A stretch of 64,000 nucleotides of DNA from Selaginella moellendorffii (taxonomy: Eukaryota > Plantae > Lycopodiophyta): contig NW_003314346.1 in NCBI RefSeq assembly GCF_000143415.4, positions 713,216 to 777,215 on the forward strand, written 5' to 3'. Positions 11,646 through 23,941 of this stretch are shown in pieces; position 1 is the stretch's first letter; each line of letters starts with the position of its first letter. A program made the translations under genes and the position numbers. The notes beneath the pieces are model-generated. The model had not been told where the DNA came from, did not search any database, and worked only from the letters and a program-made list of their open reading frames with translations.

Positions 11646-12508
11646 AGTCACGGCGAAGGTACTGTATCGTTTTTGATCTGAACGGTGTCCTTTTCTCCCA
11701 TGAGCGTGGCTCGTCCTCGAATGTCATTGCACCCTCCAAAGCCTGCGGTTGCAAGTTGGTCAAAAGAGACAGATTCACATTAATCACACGGGAGAAACTG
11801 CGGGATCTAATAATGACCATGCGACACTTAAAACAGAGGGCCGGGTTCAATTTGCAATTGGGAGTTTGGACATCCATGATGCGCCACAATGCATTAATGT
11901 TGCTACAGATGATGCACGATCAGACGCGAGTAATATTACCATTTGACTTTCTCCTAACGCAGGAGGATTGCTTGACTATGGTCCATGTGAGGGGTAGCAA
12001 GCCCATCTTTGTCAAGCCAGAGGCTGTAGTGATGAACCGGACTGCTAGCTCAAGTGAAATCCTCATCATCGATGACTCGCCGATTAAAACTGCAGCGAAC
12101 ACGCACACATATGCAGTGCACCCCATCTCTTGCAGTATGGAAACTAGGGAGAAGAAACCGTATGTTCTGGGGGACGTTGCAAAACGGCTTGGAGCGATGG
12201 TGATAGAGAACCGGCCAGTCCAGGAGGTGGCTGCAAAAATCAACCAAATGGCAGATGGAACGGTATATCAGAAGCCATTTGATCGGACAGACACCAGTCA
12301 TCATTTATGGCATGTATATTGTCTAGCCAAGCACTATCCGCATCTCCATAATCTGCTCAACCGGATGGGTTCTTCGACCACTGAACATGAGCGTGGACGT
12401 ATTAGAGAAGAGATGGCATTACTATTGGGTTTAAATCCTGATAGTGTGGAGAGTGATGAAATTCCAAGATTATTGTATAGGCGTTGGAGGCAAAAAATAA
12501 CAGTCTGA
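11646..12508 (+). CDS. FCP1/NIF (HAD-superfamily) phosphatase-like domain, last exon of the accessory gene
   Basis: Motif I CIVFDLNGVL, motif II LGVWTS, motif III K in KPIFVK, motif IV ILIIDDSPIK. Confidence 0.8.
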
Positions 12509-12926
12509 GATGGCATGTATTTATTTAAAAATGTAACTTATTATGGCATGGGGTTCCATGCCATTGTATTAATATTAAAAGACAATTCTTTGAGAGGATT
12601 TGCATTATACTAGAAGTGTTACAACATGTTATTGGAAGTCTACGAAGTTGTTTTATTAATAATGGGAAAGTAAAGATTGAATGGGGACTTGGGCTCCACC
12701 TAGACTCGGAGCAACTGAGCCAATATTAAAAGGATGGAAAGAAATTGGACGACGATGACAAGGAGAAAAGAGAGGTGAAGCAGTGGCAGGGGGAGGAGAA
12801 GTGATTGAGTAGACATTTCCTTGTTTAAAATAAAATGGCATGTGCCTCAATGCAGTTGAATTTTGTTATATTTATATACTATATAAAGGTTTGGAAACCT
12901 TATTTTACAAGTGGGATAATGACAAT

Positions 12927-12950
12927 TCCCACTTTAACGAAATAGAGCTT
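12927..12950 (-). repeat. Right terminal inverted repeat
   Basis: TCCCACTTTAACGAAATAGAGCTT. A subterminal inverted AAGTGGGA copy lies at 12909-12916. Confidence 0.9.
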
Positions 12951-13095
12951 CTAGAATGTGGAAAGTACCTCCATATGCAGTGCTTTTAATGAAAAAACAC
13001 AAGGTGGTACGTACTGTGTCTTCCAGATATTTGGCCTTCAGCTACAACTCTGTTTCTGAAGGTGACAATTATGGGAAGGCTGCTAAACAATGCCA
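12951..13095 (+). pseudogene. FAN1: FAN1 copy A, continuation after the transposon; truncated by an LTR fragment
   Basis: WKVPPYAVLLMKKHKVV... matches WKVPPYGALLKKKHKVV of the copy at 44392-45546. Confidence 0.85.
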
Positions 13096-13842
13096 CGGGA
13101 GATCGATTGGCCGATGCTCCCAGTCTGGCACTACCTACTTGGATACCTGGTGTGGCTTAATGGAACCTCGCTCTAAGCCCATGGCTAGAGCACCCAAAGG
13201 CAGAAGGTGGGGAGAGTACCCATGAGGCTCGCGTAAGGCCATAGTGTTCCGAAATGTTGTCCCAAAGTCCCAGACAATGAAAAGGAAGGGGAGCAATCCT
13301 CTAGTGCAGTGACCAAGGATACGGTCACATGGTGAGGAAGTCCCAAAGGACAGTGGGACTTAGAGGCCGGGCCTGTGGGCCTCGATCCAGTGGCAGTGTT
13401 GGCGAACACGGCCATGGATAGAAAGGGACTTGGTGGGGACCGGAAAAGGGGTGTTGGGGAAGGTTATTCCCCATATCTGTGGGCATTCTAAAGATGCCAA
13501 GGAGTGGATCTGGGATGATCACTCATGGATGGATGGCTCAGTCTTTGAGAGACGGGACTGTGGTGTAGGTGGTGTCAGACCACCGGTGTGACCAAGGTGA
13601 ATGGGCATGGCTTTAGCGTAACAGGCTGATATGTCGGTGGTACCTTCGGGTGTCGGTCATGGGATTGGACACGTGGAGCACTTGGACCAAGTGCAATGGT
13701 TAAGTGGCATGGATGCCATTCTTAGGGCTAGCAAGTCCCTAAGTCCAAAATGGGACTTATGGAGGTGGTGAGTGAGACTCCTCCAAGTGGTCGGAGGTGT
13801 GGTTAAATGACTAAAATAAAATGGAAAATTTAATCGCTTACA
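13096..13842 (+). mobile_element. 3' part of a family-A LTR (GAGATGGAGTCC-type LTR retroelement)
   Basis: Homologous to 58296-59110; ends in ...AATTTAATCGCTTACA. Confidence 0.85.
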
Positions 13843-16659
13843 CAACTTAGTTGTTTAAGGTTGAGATATTGGTACTCGTACTATAGCTTTATCTATGAGG
13901 AGGTTAATATGAGTCCATCTCATGGTCTTCACTTTAGTTTCAACTGAGTGTTGATCATGTATAGTTAGCCTCTTCAAGGCATGATCAGAGCTATTGGCTA
14001 AATGAATTAGTGAGCTTATTGCAATTGAGTTGAATTCGAGTGGTCATTTAGTTCATGCTTATCCATGAGCCAATATCTTGTATCTGGGGTATTACATTCA
14101 TATTAGATAAGTATATGACTTAATGACGTGAGTTTAGTGTTTGGGTCTTGTTAAGGCAAGTTGAAGAATGATTGTTGGTTGCTCTGTGACTAATGCTTCT
14201 TCATAGACTTTGTCGAGGACTATTTGACATTTTCTTCACTCGATGAAGATTTATCAATGATTGGTTTGCTTTACCGGATGGTGCTGTGGAGGATCGTGTT
14301 GTTAAACTTACATGGGTTTTCCATGTTAGCATGTCGACTTTACCTCTATCGATATCATTTGGATATGTTTAGTCTGTAGTGTTAGATTTCATAGAGTCTT
14401 AGATGTGGTGATTCAGTCCTTGAGGAAGTGTTATCTGTAACTGAGTTTTGCTAAAGAATTGGTCTCGGATATTGAGTAAAGTATCTTTGACTTTTGTTAG
14501 CTTAGTTGCTAAGGAATTTTGAATGGTGATTCACTTGTGCTTTCTTTTAGCTTTGTCCTAATGTTGATGGCATTGAAGTGATGCCTTATCATTGATAATA
14601 TTGATATTGAGATTCAAATGAAATGAGATGTCTCTCCATATGATTAATATGGAGTTTCATTAGTCTTGATAAAGATAGTGTTGATGATTTGTGTTATTGA
14701 CATTTGTGCATTCGCTAGTTAACAACTGTATTAACATTCAAATGAGTTGAGTGGCAAGTTTGAGTTAGTTGTGTTCTAGATTAGTAAAGGTTGAGCTTTA
14801 ACTTTTCCTTGAAAAATGATTTAGTCGTGAACTATGCTAGCTGTATGAAAGGAAGAGTTAGTGATCGATATTGAAATGTTTGAATCTTTATTGGATTTAA
14901 GTTGGAATATATTGATTATTGATGACTCTTCTTGTGCTTATTATAAAGTGTGTTATGTTTTGCTATAGATGGATTCGTAAAGGATTATTTAGTGATTACT
15001 TGTTGAGCATAACTCCATTGTGCTTGGCTTTTGGATTGATGTAGATATGCTCTTCATTAGCTTTGCATTATGAAATTTAGCTTATGAAAGTGTTGGAGAG
15101 GATATTGTGGGTTGTACTATGATTTCTTTTTTAGCATTGAAGTTAGTTCATGCGAAACTCGTGATCATTTTTATGCAACACTTGGCTATAGGTTTCTTCG
15201 AGCTTTTGGTTTCTTGAGCTTTCATGCTTATTATTCCATCTGTTAGAAATTGTTAAAGGAAGGCATTTTGGCTCATTAGTTTCGATGAAGTTAGTGTTTG
15301 CATTTAGCAATCATTGGTGACGATTAACTGTCATCTAGGATAGTTGATTATCCTTGTCGAAGGTTTTGTTTGATTATTGTTGGTATAGAATGATTTATCG
15401 TTCTTTGAGATGGTGGATTTTTTCTTCGACAATGATTATACATCTCTTCATTGATGGGATGATTAATGATCTTCTATGCTAGTTAGTTGTGCTATTTGAT
15501 AGCTTATGGCTTTTCAAAATACCACATGTTCTTTGTGGTTTGCTCTAGATTGGTCTTGGGTTTGAGACATCAGTAGGATGTTGCTAGCACTTGCTTAAGC
15601 AACTTGAGTTCCTTCGTATTGTGACTGAGATCTATTTAGATTAGCTAGTGTAACATGAACGCTATATTTGTTAGTCTTGCAACATTCATTCTGTTCTGTT
15701 GATCATTGCTTGAGTTAGTTCTAATAGATTGAGATGTTATTTCCTTCGAGTGATACATTTGCGAGCATTGTGCTTGTCGGTTAATGATACTTTATGTTCT
15801 TTGACTTATCTTTGGTAAGTTGTTTGGCATACTCTCTACAATTTTTGGTAGTTAAGTTTTCTTATTGAGTTTACTTGATGATATACTTACTATTGAATTT
15901 TGTGGGCTAGTGAATCCTATGTTTTCCAATGATAGTGATTTTGGTGGTTCCTATACACTAATACTCGTTTCAGATGATAACTTATTTGGAATACTTTTGT
16001 GTTCTAATCTAAGATTTAGTCACTGATAATTAAGTCTCTCAGATATTATTGTTTCTGACTTTGATATTATCCATCTATTAATCTTTAAGTTTGGGCCAGT
16101 ATAGGCAGACTAGCTTCAGCACTTTGTGTGCATGGCGAAATCTCTAGTCATGGGGTAGCTACTATCAACTGATCATATCACCCGCCTCTCTATCAATATT
16201 CCTTATTCCGTTAAAAGGGCGTGATTGTGTAAACAACTTTAACTGCCTGTTTACAGTAGTCTATCTAAACCTTACCGATGGGTTTGGTTTCTTTGTTCAT
16301 GAGGGTTGGGGCCTCTAGCTTCTCTCTCTATGTCCCTGCAGGTAGGGGCATATCATACTTTTGTAAGTTGGGTGACAACCAAAGTAGTAAGGGTGGTTAA
16401 CTCTATTGGTCATTTCCTTGTCGGCGACAGCTAGAAGGTGTCTGAGTTGGTAGCGTATCCATGTTAGACAAAGAGGTTGCCTCCTAACTCATTTAAGTGG
16501 GTGTATTTCTCACATAGTGTGATTACCATGAACTTTTTCTAGAGTTGTTTCCTTGGTAGTGGTCTAGACTCGAGTATGCATCGACAAGGATGTTGATCTT
16601 CCCTAGGGGGGGAGAGTGTCGCGAATGTGACTTCGGGTATCGAAAGTTACTTATCAGCC

Positions 16660-19600
16660 TTCTAACAAATGGAATAATGAGCATAAAACTCAAAGAACCA
16701 AAGCTCGAAGAAGCCTATAGCCAAGTCTTGCTTAATAATGATCACAAGTCTCATAGAAGCTAACTTCAATGTGAAAGAAGAAATCGTGATGCAACTCACA
16801 ATATCTTCCTCAACACATCCATAAGCCAAAGTTCATAATGCCAAAGCTAATGAAGAGCATATTTGCATCAATCCAAAAGCTAAGTATAACAAAGCTATGC
16901 TCAACAAGTGATCATCAAATGATCCTCCATGAATCCATCTATACCAAGACGTAACTCACTTCATAACAAGCACAAGAAGAATCATCCATGATCAATATAT
17001 ATTCCAACTCAAATCCAGCAAGGACTCAAATATTCTAATAGCGATCACTAACTCTTCATCTCGTAAAGCTAGCATAGTCCATAACTGAATCACTTTTCAA
17101 GGAAAAGCCGAAGCTCAACCCTCTACTAAATAATCTCGTCTAGAACACAACTAACTCAACTTGCCACTTAGTTCATTTGAACGTCAACATAGTTGCTAAC
17201 TAGCAAATGCACGAATGCTAATAACATAAAGCCATAGCCAAATCATCAACACTATCTTCATTAAGATTAATGAAACTCCATATCAATCCTAAGGAGAGAC
17301 ATCTCATTTCACTTTGAATCTCAACCTCAATAATGTCAACGACAAGGCCTCACTTCAATGCCATCAACAACAGAACAAAGCTAGCAGAAAGCAAGAGTGA
17401 ATCACCACTCAAAACTCTTTAGCAACCAAGCTAACCAAAGTCGAAGATACTTTACTCAGTATCCAACACCAATTTCTTCAGCAATACTCAGCTACAGATA
17501 ACACTTCCTCAAGGAGTGAATCACCATATCCAAGACTCAATGAAATCCAACACTATAGACCAAACGTAACCAAATGATATCGACAAAGGAATTGACATGC
17601 CAACATGGAAAAACCATGCCAGCCTAATGACACGATCCTCCGCAACACCATCCGGTAAAGCAAGCCCATCACTGCTAAATCATCATCGAGCAAAGTAAGT
17701 GTCAACGGTCCTTGACGAAGTCTACAAGTAATCACTAGTCACAAAGCAACTAACAATCACTCCTCAACTTGCCTTCACAAGACCCAAACACCAACTCATG
17801 TCATCGAGTTACATACTTGTCCAACATGAACATAATACCCCAGGTACGAGATAAAAGTTCATAGACAAGCACAAACTAAATGACCACTTGAATCCAACTC
17901 AACCGCAATAAGCTCACTAATGCATTTAGTCAATAGCTCTGAGCATGCCTTGAAGAGGCTAGCTATATGATCAACACTCAGTCGAAACTAAAGTGAAGAC
18001 CATGAGATGGACTCATATCGGTACACAACCTCCTCATAGACAAAGCTATAGTACGGGTACCAACATCTCAATCTCAAACAACTAAGTTGGACATCACCAT
18101 CCTTAGCCAAGTCGCAGGGCTACCAAGACTAAGTCAAGATCAGTGAGAGCTCACTACTCTCATAGAGTCTTAGCGAAATGCAAGGTGCAACCTGCCACTG
18201 AGCATAATGCTACAAAAGAAAGGCATAAGAGTCACCTTTCTTAGAAAAGTGCAACGGCCACTTTCCTACATCAACTCCAGACTCTATCCAACCCAATTGC
18301 TTTAGCCCCAAAAGTCAGCATCCCTTTCGGGCCGCATCATACAAACTACTTACTAAGATCTAAGCCAACCGAAGTCAACTCCAGCCCCTTCACTAGTTTA
18401 TACTGGCTTTCGAAAACGGAATGGTTTTCGGACAAAATGATCAATAGACCAGCCATTGGAAAAGTCTAAGAAAATTTGTGGAAAATCTCCCATCCTAGAG
18501 AAAGAATGACTCTTAGTCCAGGATTGCAAACTTTCAAGACTCAACCAACTTCCTCCTACTAACAACTTCACATAGGCTCACCTCAACACAAATTCTCATG
18601 ATCCAAAAATATGCTTAAGCATCGAACATCTTTGCCCATCTAACCATTATCTAACACCGATATCCGCAAAGTGCAAAATGAACATCCAAGGCTTGATCAC
18701 GAAGACCACATCTTCGGATATCCATATTGCACTAACACTCTTCTTCAATCACCTTCAAGATCCAATGTGAAGCCAAAACACTAACAAGAAAAATGACATG
18801 GAAAAATCAAGGTCCAAGAAAAATTCCTCATCACTTGAAATAACAATGCCACTTCCACTAACACAAGTGCTAGTGACGTCAATGCCCCAACTCCACATCT
18901 TCTCCATCCAACAATCTACTCCAAGTGCTAACAGATCAACCGACAAGCTATAGTAAATGAATGCTACAACCCTTTCCATCACCTAAAAGGCAAACTCAAG
19001 GAAACAAGGTACCAATTTAAGCTTAGCATAATGGACCATCTCCGAGAATCCAGTCAAAGCTACTACAATGCTACTTCGTGCAAGTAGACTAGCTTCTCCA
19101 TCAACCACTTTGGGGGTTGATCATCATTTATCCAAGCAACTTCGTAAACACATTGCTCATTATCACATGGATATGATATAAATCACAATGACTTGATCAT
19201 CAATCAAGCAACACTATGAGCAATACCCATGTCACTACTGCAAAGGTTTATGTGAGTATCAAGTGCCAACTCAATTCGACAAAATGCAACATAAATGCCA
19301 CACTCCACTGATAGAGATTTACAACACCCAACATCACAAAATTTTGTTCACAACACAGACAAGCTCATGCCACTCTCTTTCTGACCAATCTTAAAACTAA
19401 TCCAACACCAAGTTACTCAAGGAGCAATAGCAAGGTTCCCCGGAAAAGAATTGAGCATTGCAACCCAAGTCTTCCAATAGCAAGCTTAGACAAAATGGTA
19501 TAGAACTTCACCACTATCCATCCCACAACTCACCATTGTAAGACCACCATCTCCAACATGCATCAAGATAGGGACTCTTGATTGCATGATGTGAACACAA

Positions 19601-21645
19601 GCAATGAGTTAACACCTCGTTGCAAATCATCTCTCCGAGAAGAGGAAATGATTTACGTATTTGATCCTCCGTCCCCGATGACTCTCTTTTCGGTCTCATC
19701 TTTGACCAAACCTCAAGCTTGCTTTCGCACTGCCTTCAGTTCAATCGAAGAAAAGTTTATGAGAGAGCATGGCCATGATTACTTGAACCAATAGATTAAT
19801 CCCTATAGTCTTGATTGATCCACTTATAATCATGCCTAGGAAGGATCCACTAGTGCCGTGCTAAACAGCTACGGACTAGACTATTTACTACTCATAGCAA
19901 ACTTAGGGAAGGTTTGCTTTTACCCACGGTACATGGAACAACTCATGGAACCATTGATAGGCTAACATTAATCCTGCCAACTCAAAGTGTAACCTTGAGT
20001 TGCTACTGTGCCTCACTCACGAGCCCAAGCGCAAACTCGTGTAACAAAACAACTCAGTCCACCCTATGAGCCCAAGAGCAAGCTCACATAATATGGAACA
20101 AAAAGGTAACCAAAACCTATCCCAAGGAACCAATGCGAAGTCTTTGCACCAAAACGTGTACCCACTCGGATCATCATTTTCATCTCTGCGTATGCAACGA
20201 GACTAGTTGCCCAATCTCATTGGATAATATCGCTGAGACTCATCCTCTGATACCAAATGTAGCGCACGTGGTTTTGACCCTTGATCCTATGGTAATTTAC
20301 CATAGGATAACACCACGAAGCGGAACCTAAACCCTCTTTGTGCCACGTGACATATGCCACGTGTCACATACCACGTGTCCATGCCACGTGTCCATAGGAA
20401 CCCGAGGTTCAAGGCCTTGGGCCACTGAACGAAGGAACGGTGCCAAACTCCCAAGCGTGACGCCAAGGAGTGATGGAACCGGACCACGGAGCAACTCCCG
20501 AGCATATAGCCCAAGGAGCAAAGGGACAGGGGCCCGGAGCGACTTGGAACAGTCCTAGAGCAACCAACATCCCAATGCCAGGACCAGTACGCAAAACGGA
20601 GCCAAATGGAGTCTGGCGCTATTTCGGCATACCGGTGGCCTAACGTGAGGATATGGGTACTCCACCAGCTAGCATGGAATGGAACTTGGGCTTAGACCCA
20701 AGCCGGACGCAGAACAAGGACAGGCACGCAAGCGGGAGCTAGACTATGCCTCAGGTTGGTCGGCCATGCCCGACCTACCCACTATCCCTACTATACATTT
20801 GGAACCCCCCATAGCCCCCCCCCCCCCCCTTGAGGAACACACGCTTTGGGCTTTCACCCCAAGCCTCCCTTAGTATCAGGAGTTAGTCTTTGGGACAAGC
20901 TCAAAACTTACTAAATATGGAATGTCCTTAGATTGCGAATTTGGACACGGGACAAACACCATTGTGTTCCGGATGATCTTCTACAATCTGTAGAAATGCC
21001 AAATGAGCAAATCTGGANNNNNNNNNNNNNNNNNNNNNNNNNNNNNNNNNNNNNNNNNNNNNNNNNNNNNNNNNNNNNNNNNNNNNNNNNNNNNNNNNNN
21101 NNNNNNNNNNNNNNNNNAAGAGTTAGTCTCTGGGACAAATTTGAAATTTACTAAATATGGAATGTCCTTAGATTGCGAATTTGGACATGGGACGAACACC
21201 CATTGTGTTCAGGCTGATCTCTACATTCTGTAGATATGCCAAATGAGCAAATCTGGACACTTTCCATAAATAGCATCTAGGACGAATTGAGACTAACACA
21301 AAGGGCATGATAGTGAGGGTGTTTGGCAGACACGGTAAGCTATCATCTAGCGATGTTGAGGGACCAAGCTCAATATCGCGGGGGTTCCCAACACTAGCAA
21401 GTGCAAGTCAACGAATGAGTTTCTCTAACTAGGTCAAGTATGCTTGACTAATAGCACTTAAGAATTCCGTCCTTATGCCCATCTGGTCAAGTGCACACGC
21501 GAGGACTAGTTTCTCAACTAGCTTAGGTGGAGACTAATAACGGGTCCAGCAATACCGACCTCCTACTATCATGGCAGTAAGGTAAGAGTGTCTGTAAGGA
21601 CTGGCCGACAGGTAACTTTCAATACCCGAAGTCACATTCGCGACA
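16660..21645 (-). mobile_element. Second family-B copy in the opposite orientation, sitting in the first copy's LTR (5' LTR 21645-20258, tRNA-iMet PBS 20255-20245, 3'-truncated)
   Basis: TG...CA LTR ends and PBS TGGTATCAGAG. 16660-18089 is an inverted copy of 13843-15248. Confidence 0.75.
21018..21117. other. Assembly gap (100 N)
   Basis: Run of N. The flanks 20879-21017 and 21119-21257 are near-duplicates. Confidence 0.99.
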
Positions 21646-23941
21646 GCTAGTCCTTACGAACACTCTTTCCTTACTGCCACGACGGCAGAAGATCAGTATT
21701 GCTAGACCCTTTATCAGTCCCTTTTGTGCTAGTGGAGTTAATTGGGCATTTTGAGTGTACTTAGACCGGACGAGCATAAGGATGGAATTCTTACTTGTTA
21801 TTCGCTAAGCATACTTAGCCTGGTAAGGAGTTCCCATCTTGTTATATTTTGCACTAGCTAGTGATAAGAACCCTTGTGTATTGAGATTAGTCCCTCAATA
21901 TCACTGGATGATAGCTTACTGTGTCTGCCAAACACCCTCGCTATCATGCCCATTGTGTTAGTCTTATTTCGGTTCTAAATGCTATTTATGGAAAGTGTTT
22001 AGATTTGCTCATTTGGCATATCTATAGCATGTAGAGATTGTTCTGAACACAATAGTATTCCTCCCGTATCCAAATTCGCAATATAAGGACATTCCATATA
22101 TAGTAAGTTTCGAGCTTGTCCCAGAGACTAACTCTTGATACTAAGGGAGGCTTAGGGTGAAAACTCAAAGTGTGTATTCCTAAAGGGGGGGATATGGGGG
22201 GTTCCAAATGTATAGTAGGGATAATGGGTAGGTTGGGCATGGCCGACTAACCTGAGGCATAGTTTAGCTCCCGCTTGCGTGTATATCCTTGTTCTGCATT
22301 TAGCTTGGGTCTAAGCCCAAGTTCCATTCCATGCTAGCTGGTGGAGTACCCATATCCTCATATTAGGCCACCGGTATGCTGAAATAGCGTTAGACTTTGT
22401 TTGGCTCTATTTTGCATGCTAGTCCTGGTATTGGGATGCTAGTTGCTCTAGGATTAATCCAAATCATTCCATGCTCCTGTCTCTTCACTCCTTGGGCTGT
22501 ATGCTCAAGAGTTGTTATGTGTTCCAATGCTATTGTTCCTTGGCTCCATATTTGGGAGTTTGGCACCATTCCTTCGTTCAGTGGCCCAAGGCTTTGAAAC
22601 TCGAGTTCCACACCACTATTCTTTGGACACATGGCATATGACATATGGCACATGGAGGGTTTAGGTTTCACTTCTGTGGTTATCCTATGGTAAATCACCA
22701 TAAGATAAAGGGTAAAAACCACGTGCACTACAGAGACCGAGACCCAGACCAAGACCGAGACCGAGACCAAGTCCGAGTCCGAGGCCGAGTCCAAGTCCAA
22801 ATACTAATATAGGTTATTGGGTGGAAGCCTAAAGTGATCGTCCCTCAGTGGGGGGCAAGGGGTGGGGGCTGTAGAGGGTTCCAAAAGTATAATAGGGAGA
22901 GTGTGGGGGTTGGACCCTAGTGAAGTTAATTTAGCCAAAAAAGGCCACTATGACCCAAAAAGGCTATGCCCATATGTTGGGTGATGATATATCCACTAAG
23001 GAGTCCAAGGCTAGAGTGAATACGGTTTGATAAGTGGGGAAATTTGGTGAAGTGTTCAAGAGCCAGCTCTAGTTCCCCTAGGAGATCGAATGGTTGATGC
23101 TCCCAATCTAAGCATAGGTGGCACTACTTACTTGGATACCTGGCGTGGCTCAACAGAATCTTGCTATAGCCCTATAGCTGGAGCACCCAAAGGCAAAAGG
23201 TGAGAAGAGTACCCATGAGGCTCATGTAGGGCCATAATGTTCTGAAACGTTGTCCCAAAGTCCCAAACTGTGGAAAGGAAGAGTAGCAGTCTTCTTGTGT
23301 AGTGACCAAGGATGCAATCACATGGTGAGGAAGTCCCAGAGGACATCCCAATAGAGCACTTGGACCAAATGGAAAGGTTGAGTGGCATGGATGCCATTCT
23401 CAAGGCTAGCAAGCCCTAAGTCTAAAATAAGATTTATGGAAGTTGTGAGTCAAATTCCTCCAAGTGGTCGAAGGTGTGGTTAAGTGAGTAAAGTAAAATG
23501 GAAAATTTAATCATTTACAATTTGATATCTGAACTGTTCTTTAGTCCAACTTTTATTAGTGGTCAAGTATATCACCACTTGTTTTGGCATTGGAATGTCC
23601 CAAGAGTGGGCATATCCTAGAAGAGCACCTTAATTCATAAGTGAACTTGTTAATAATGTGGTGGATAGAAAGGGGCCAATTTGAGAACAACTTTGGGATC
23701 TTGGGAACAGTATAAGGTTTTCCTTAAGGAGTTGAGGATGTGATCCAGATGAGCATTTAACTTAGTAAATTGCCTAATGTAGTTGTGGTAAACAACTATA
23801 GTTGAGATCACGTGAAAGATAGAGACTTCAAAAACAATAAAGGAGTCACAAAATTATCCTTATATAGTTGAGGATGGTGCTCATGAATTTAAGACCAGAA
23901 GTAATGACCGTGGGAGGTCAAAAGATAAATGAGGACACAAG

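Larger units (their letters stand above)
6886..12508 (+). pseudogene. Transposon accessory gene, 11 predicted exons, ~1643 aa: ParB-like domain + degenerate N6A/N4C-methyltransferase-like fold + acidic/disordered linker + FCP1/NIF HAD phosphatase-like domain; one in-frame stop (TAG 7731-7733)
   Basis: Manual splicing at GT-AG sites gives exons 6886-6888, 7128-8306, 8361-9684, 9735-9821, 9878-9949, 9999-10142, 10190-10741, 10799-10813, 10859-10966, 11014-11598 and 11646-12508. They total 4932 nt in one frame. The first exon is the least certain. Confidence 0.75.
819..12856. repeat. Dispersed family of more than 20 22-bp palindromes, consensus ATGGCRTG-N-GGCC-N-CAYGCCAT
   Basis: Copies start at about 819, 1135, 1188, 2530, 2587, 4424, 4494, 4592, 5204, 5279, 6143, 6222, 6914, 6991, 7051, 8328, 9827, 9968, 10159, 11391, 11466, 12543 and 12835, with a half-site at 12510. 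Some are degenerate. Confidence 0.9.
593..12950. mobile_element. Large (12.36 kb) two-gene TIR DNA transposon with a Sola-like/DUF7869-type transposase
   Basis: 24-bp TIRs at 593-616 and 12927-12950 with 1 mismatch. CTAG is duplicated at 589-592 and 12951-12954. FAN1 sequence is collinear across the insertion (empty site CCTCCTAGAAGGTGG in the copies near 45211-45225 and 49612-49627). Confidence 0.92.
13843..22732 (+). mobile_element. Decayed family-B LTR retroelement (3' internal region, PPT 16605-16616, 3' LTR split into 16617-~16658 and 21646-22732)
   Basis: PPT AGGGGGGGAGAG precedes TGTCGCGAAT. The LTR resumes at 21646 and ends ...GTGCACTACA. No intact ORFs; only faint Copia-like RT remnants (e.g. 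LLDDILTI near 15872). Confidence 0.7.

Noticed and set aside
819-12856. Palindromic repeats as a CRISPR array
   Set aside because: Spacing is irregular (tens of bp to more than 1.8 kb), copies sit in introns and exons, there are no cas genes, and the context is eukaryotic.
13704-13721. TGGCATGGATGCCA palindrome in family-A LTRs as the transposon motif
   Set aside because: Shares the TGGCATG arm but lacks the 6-bp spacer and 22-bp geometry. It occurs once per LTR, so it is probably coincidental.
20879-21257. ~140-bp tandem duplication in the family-B LTR
   Set aside because: It straddles the 100-N gap, so overlapping contig ends are the likelier cause.
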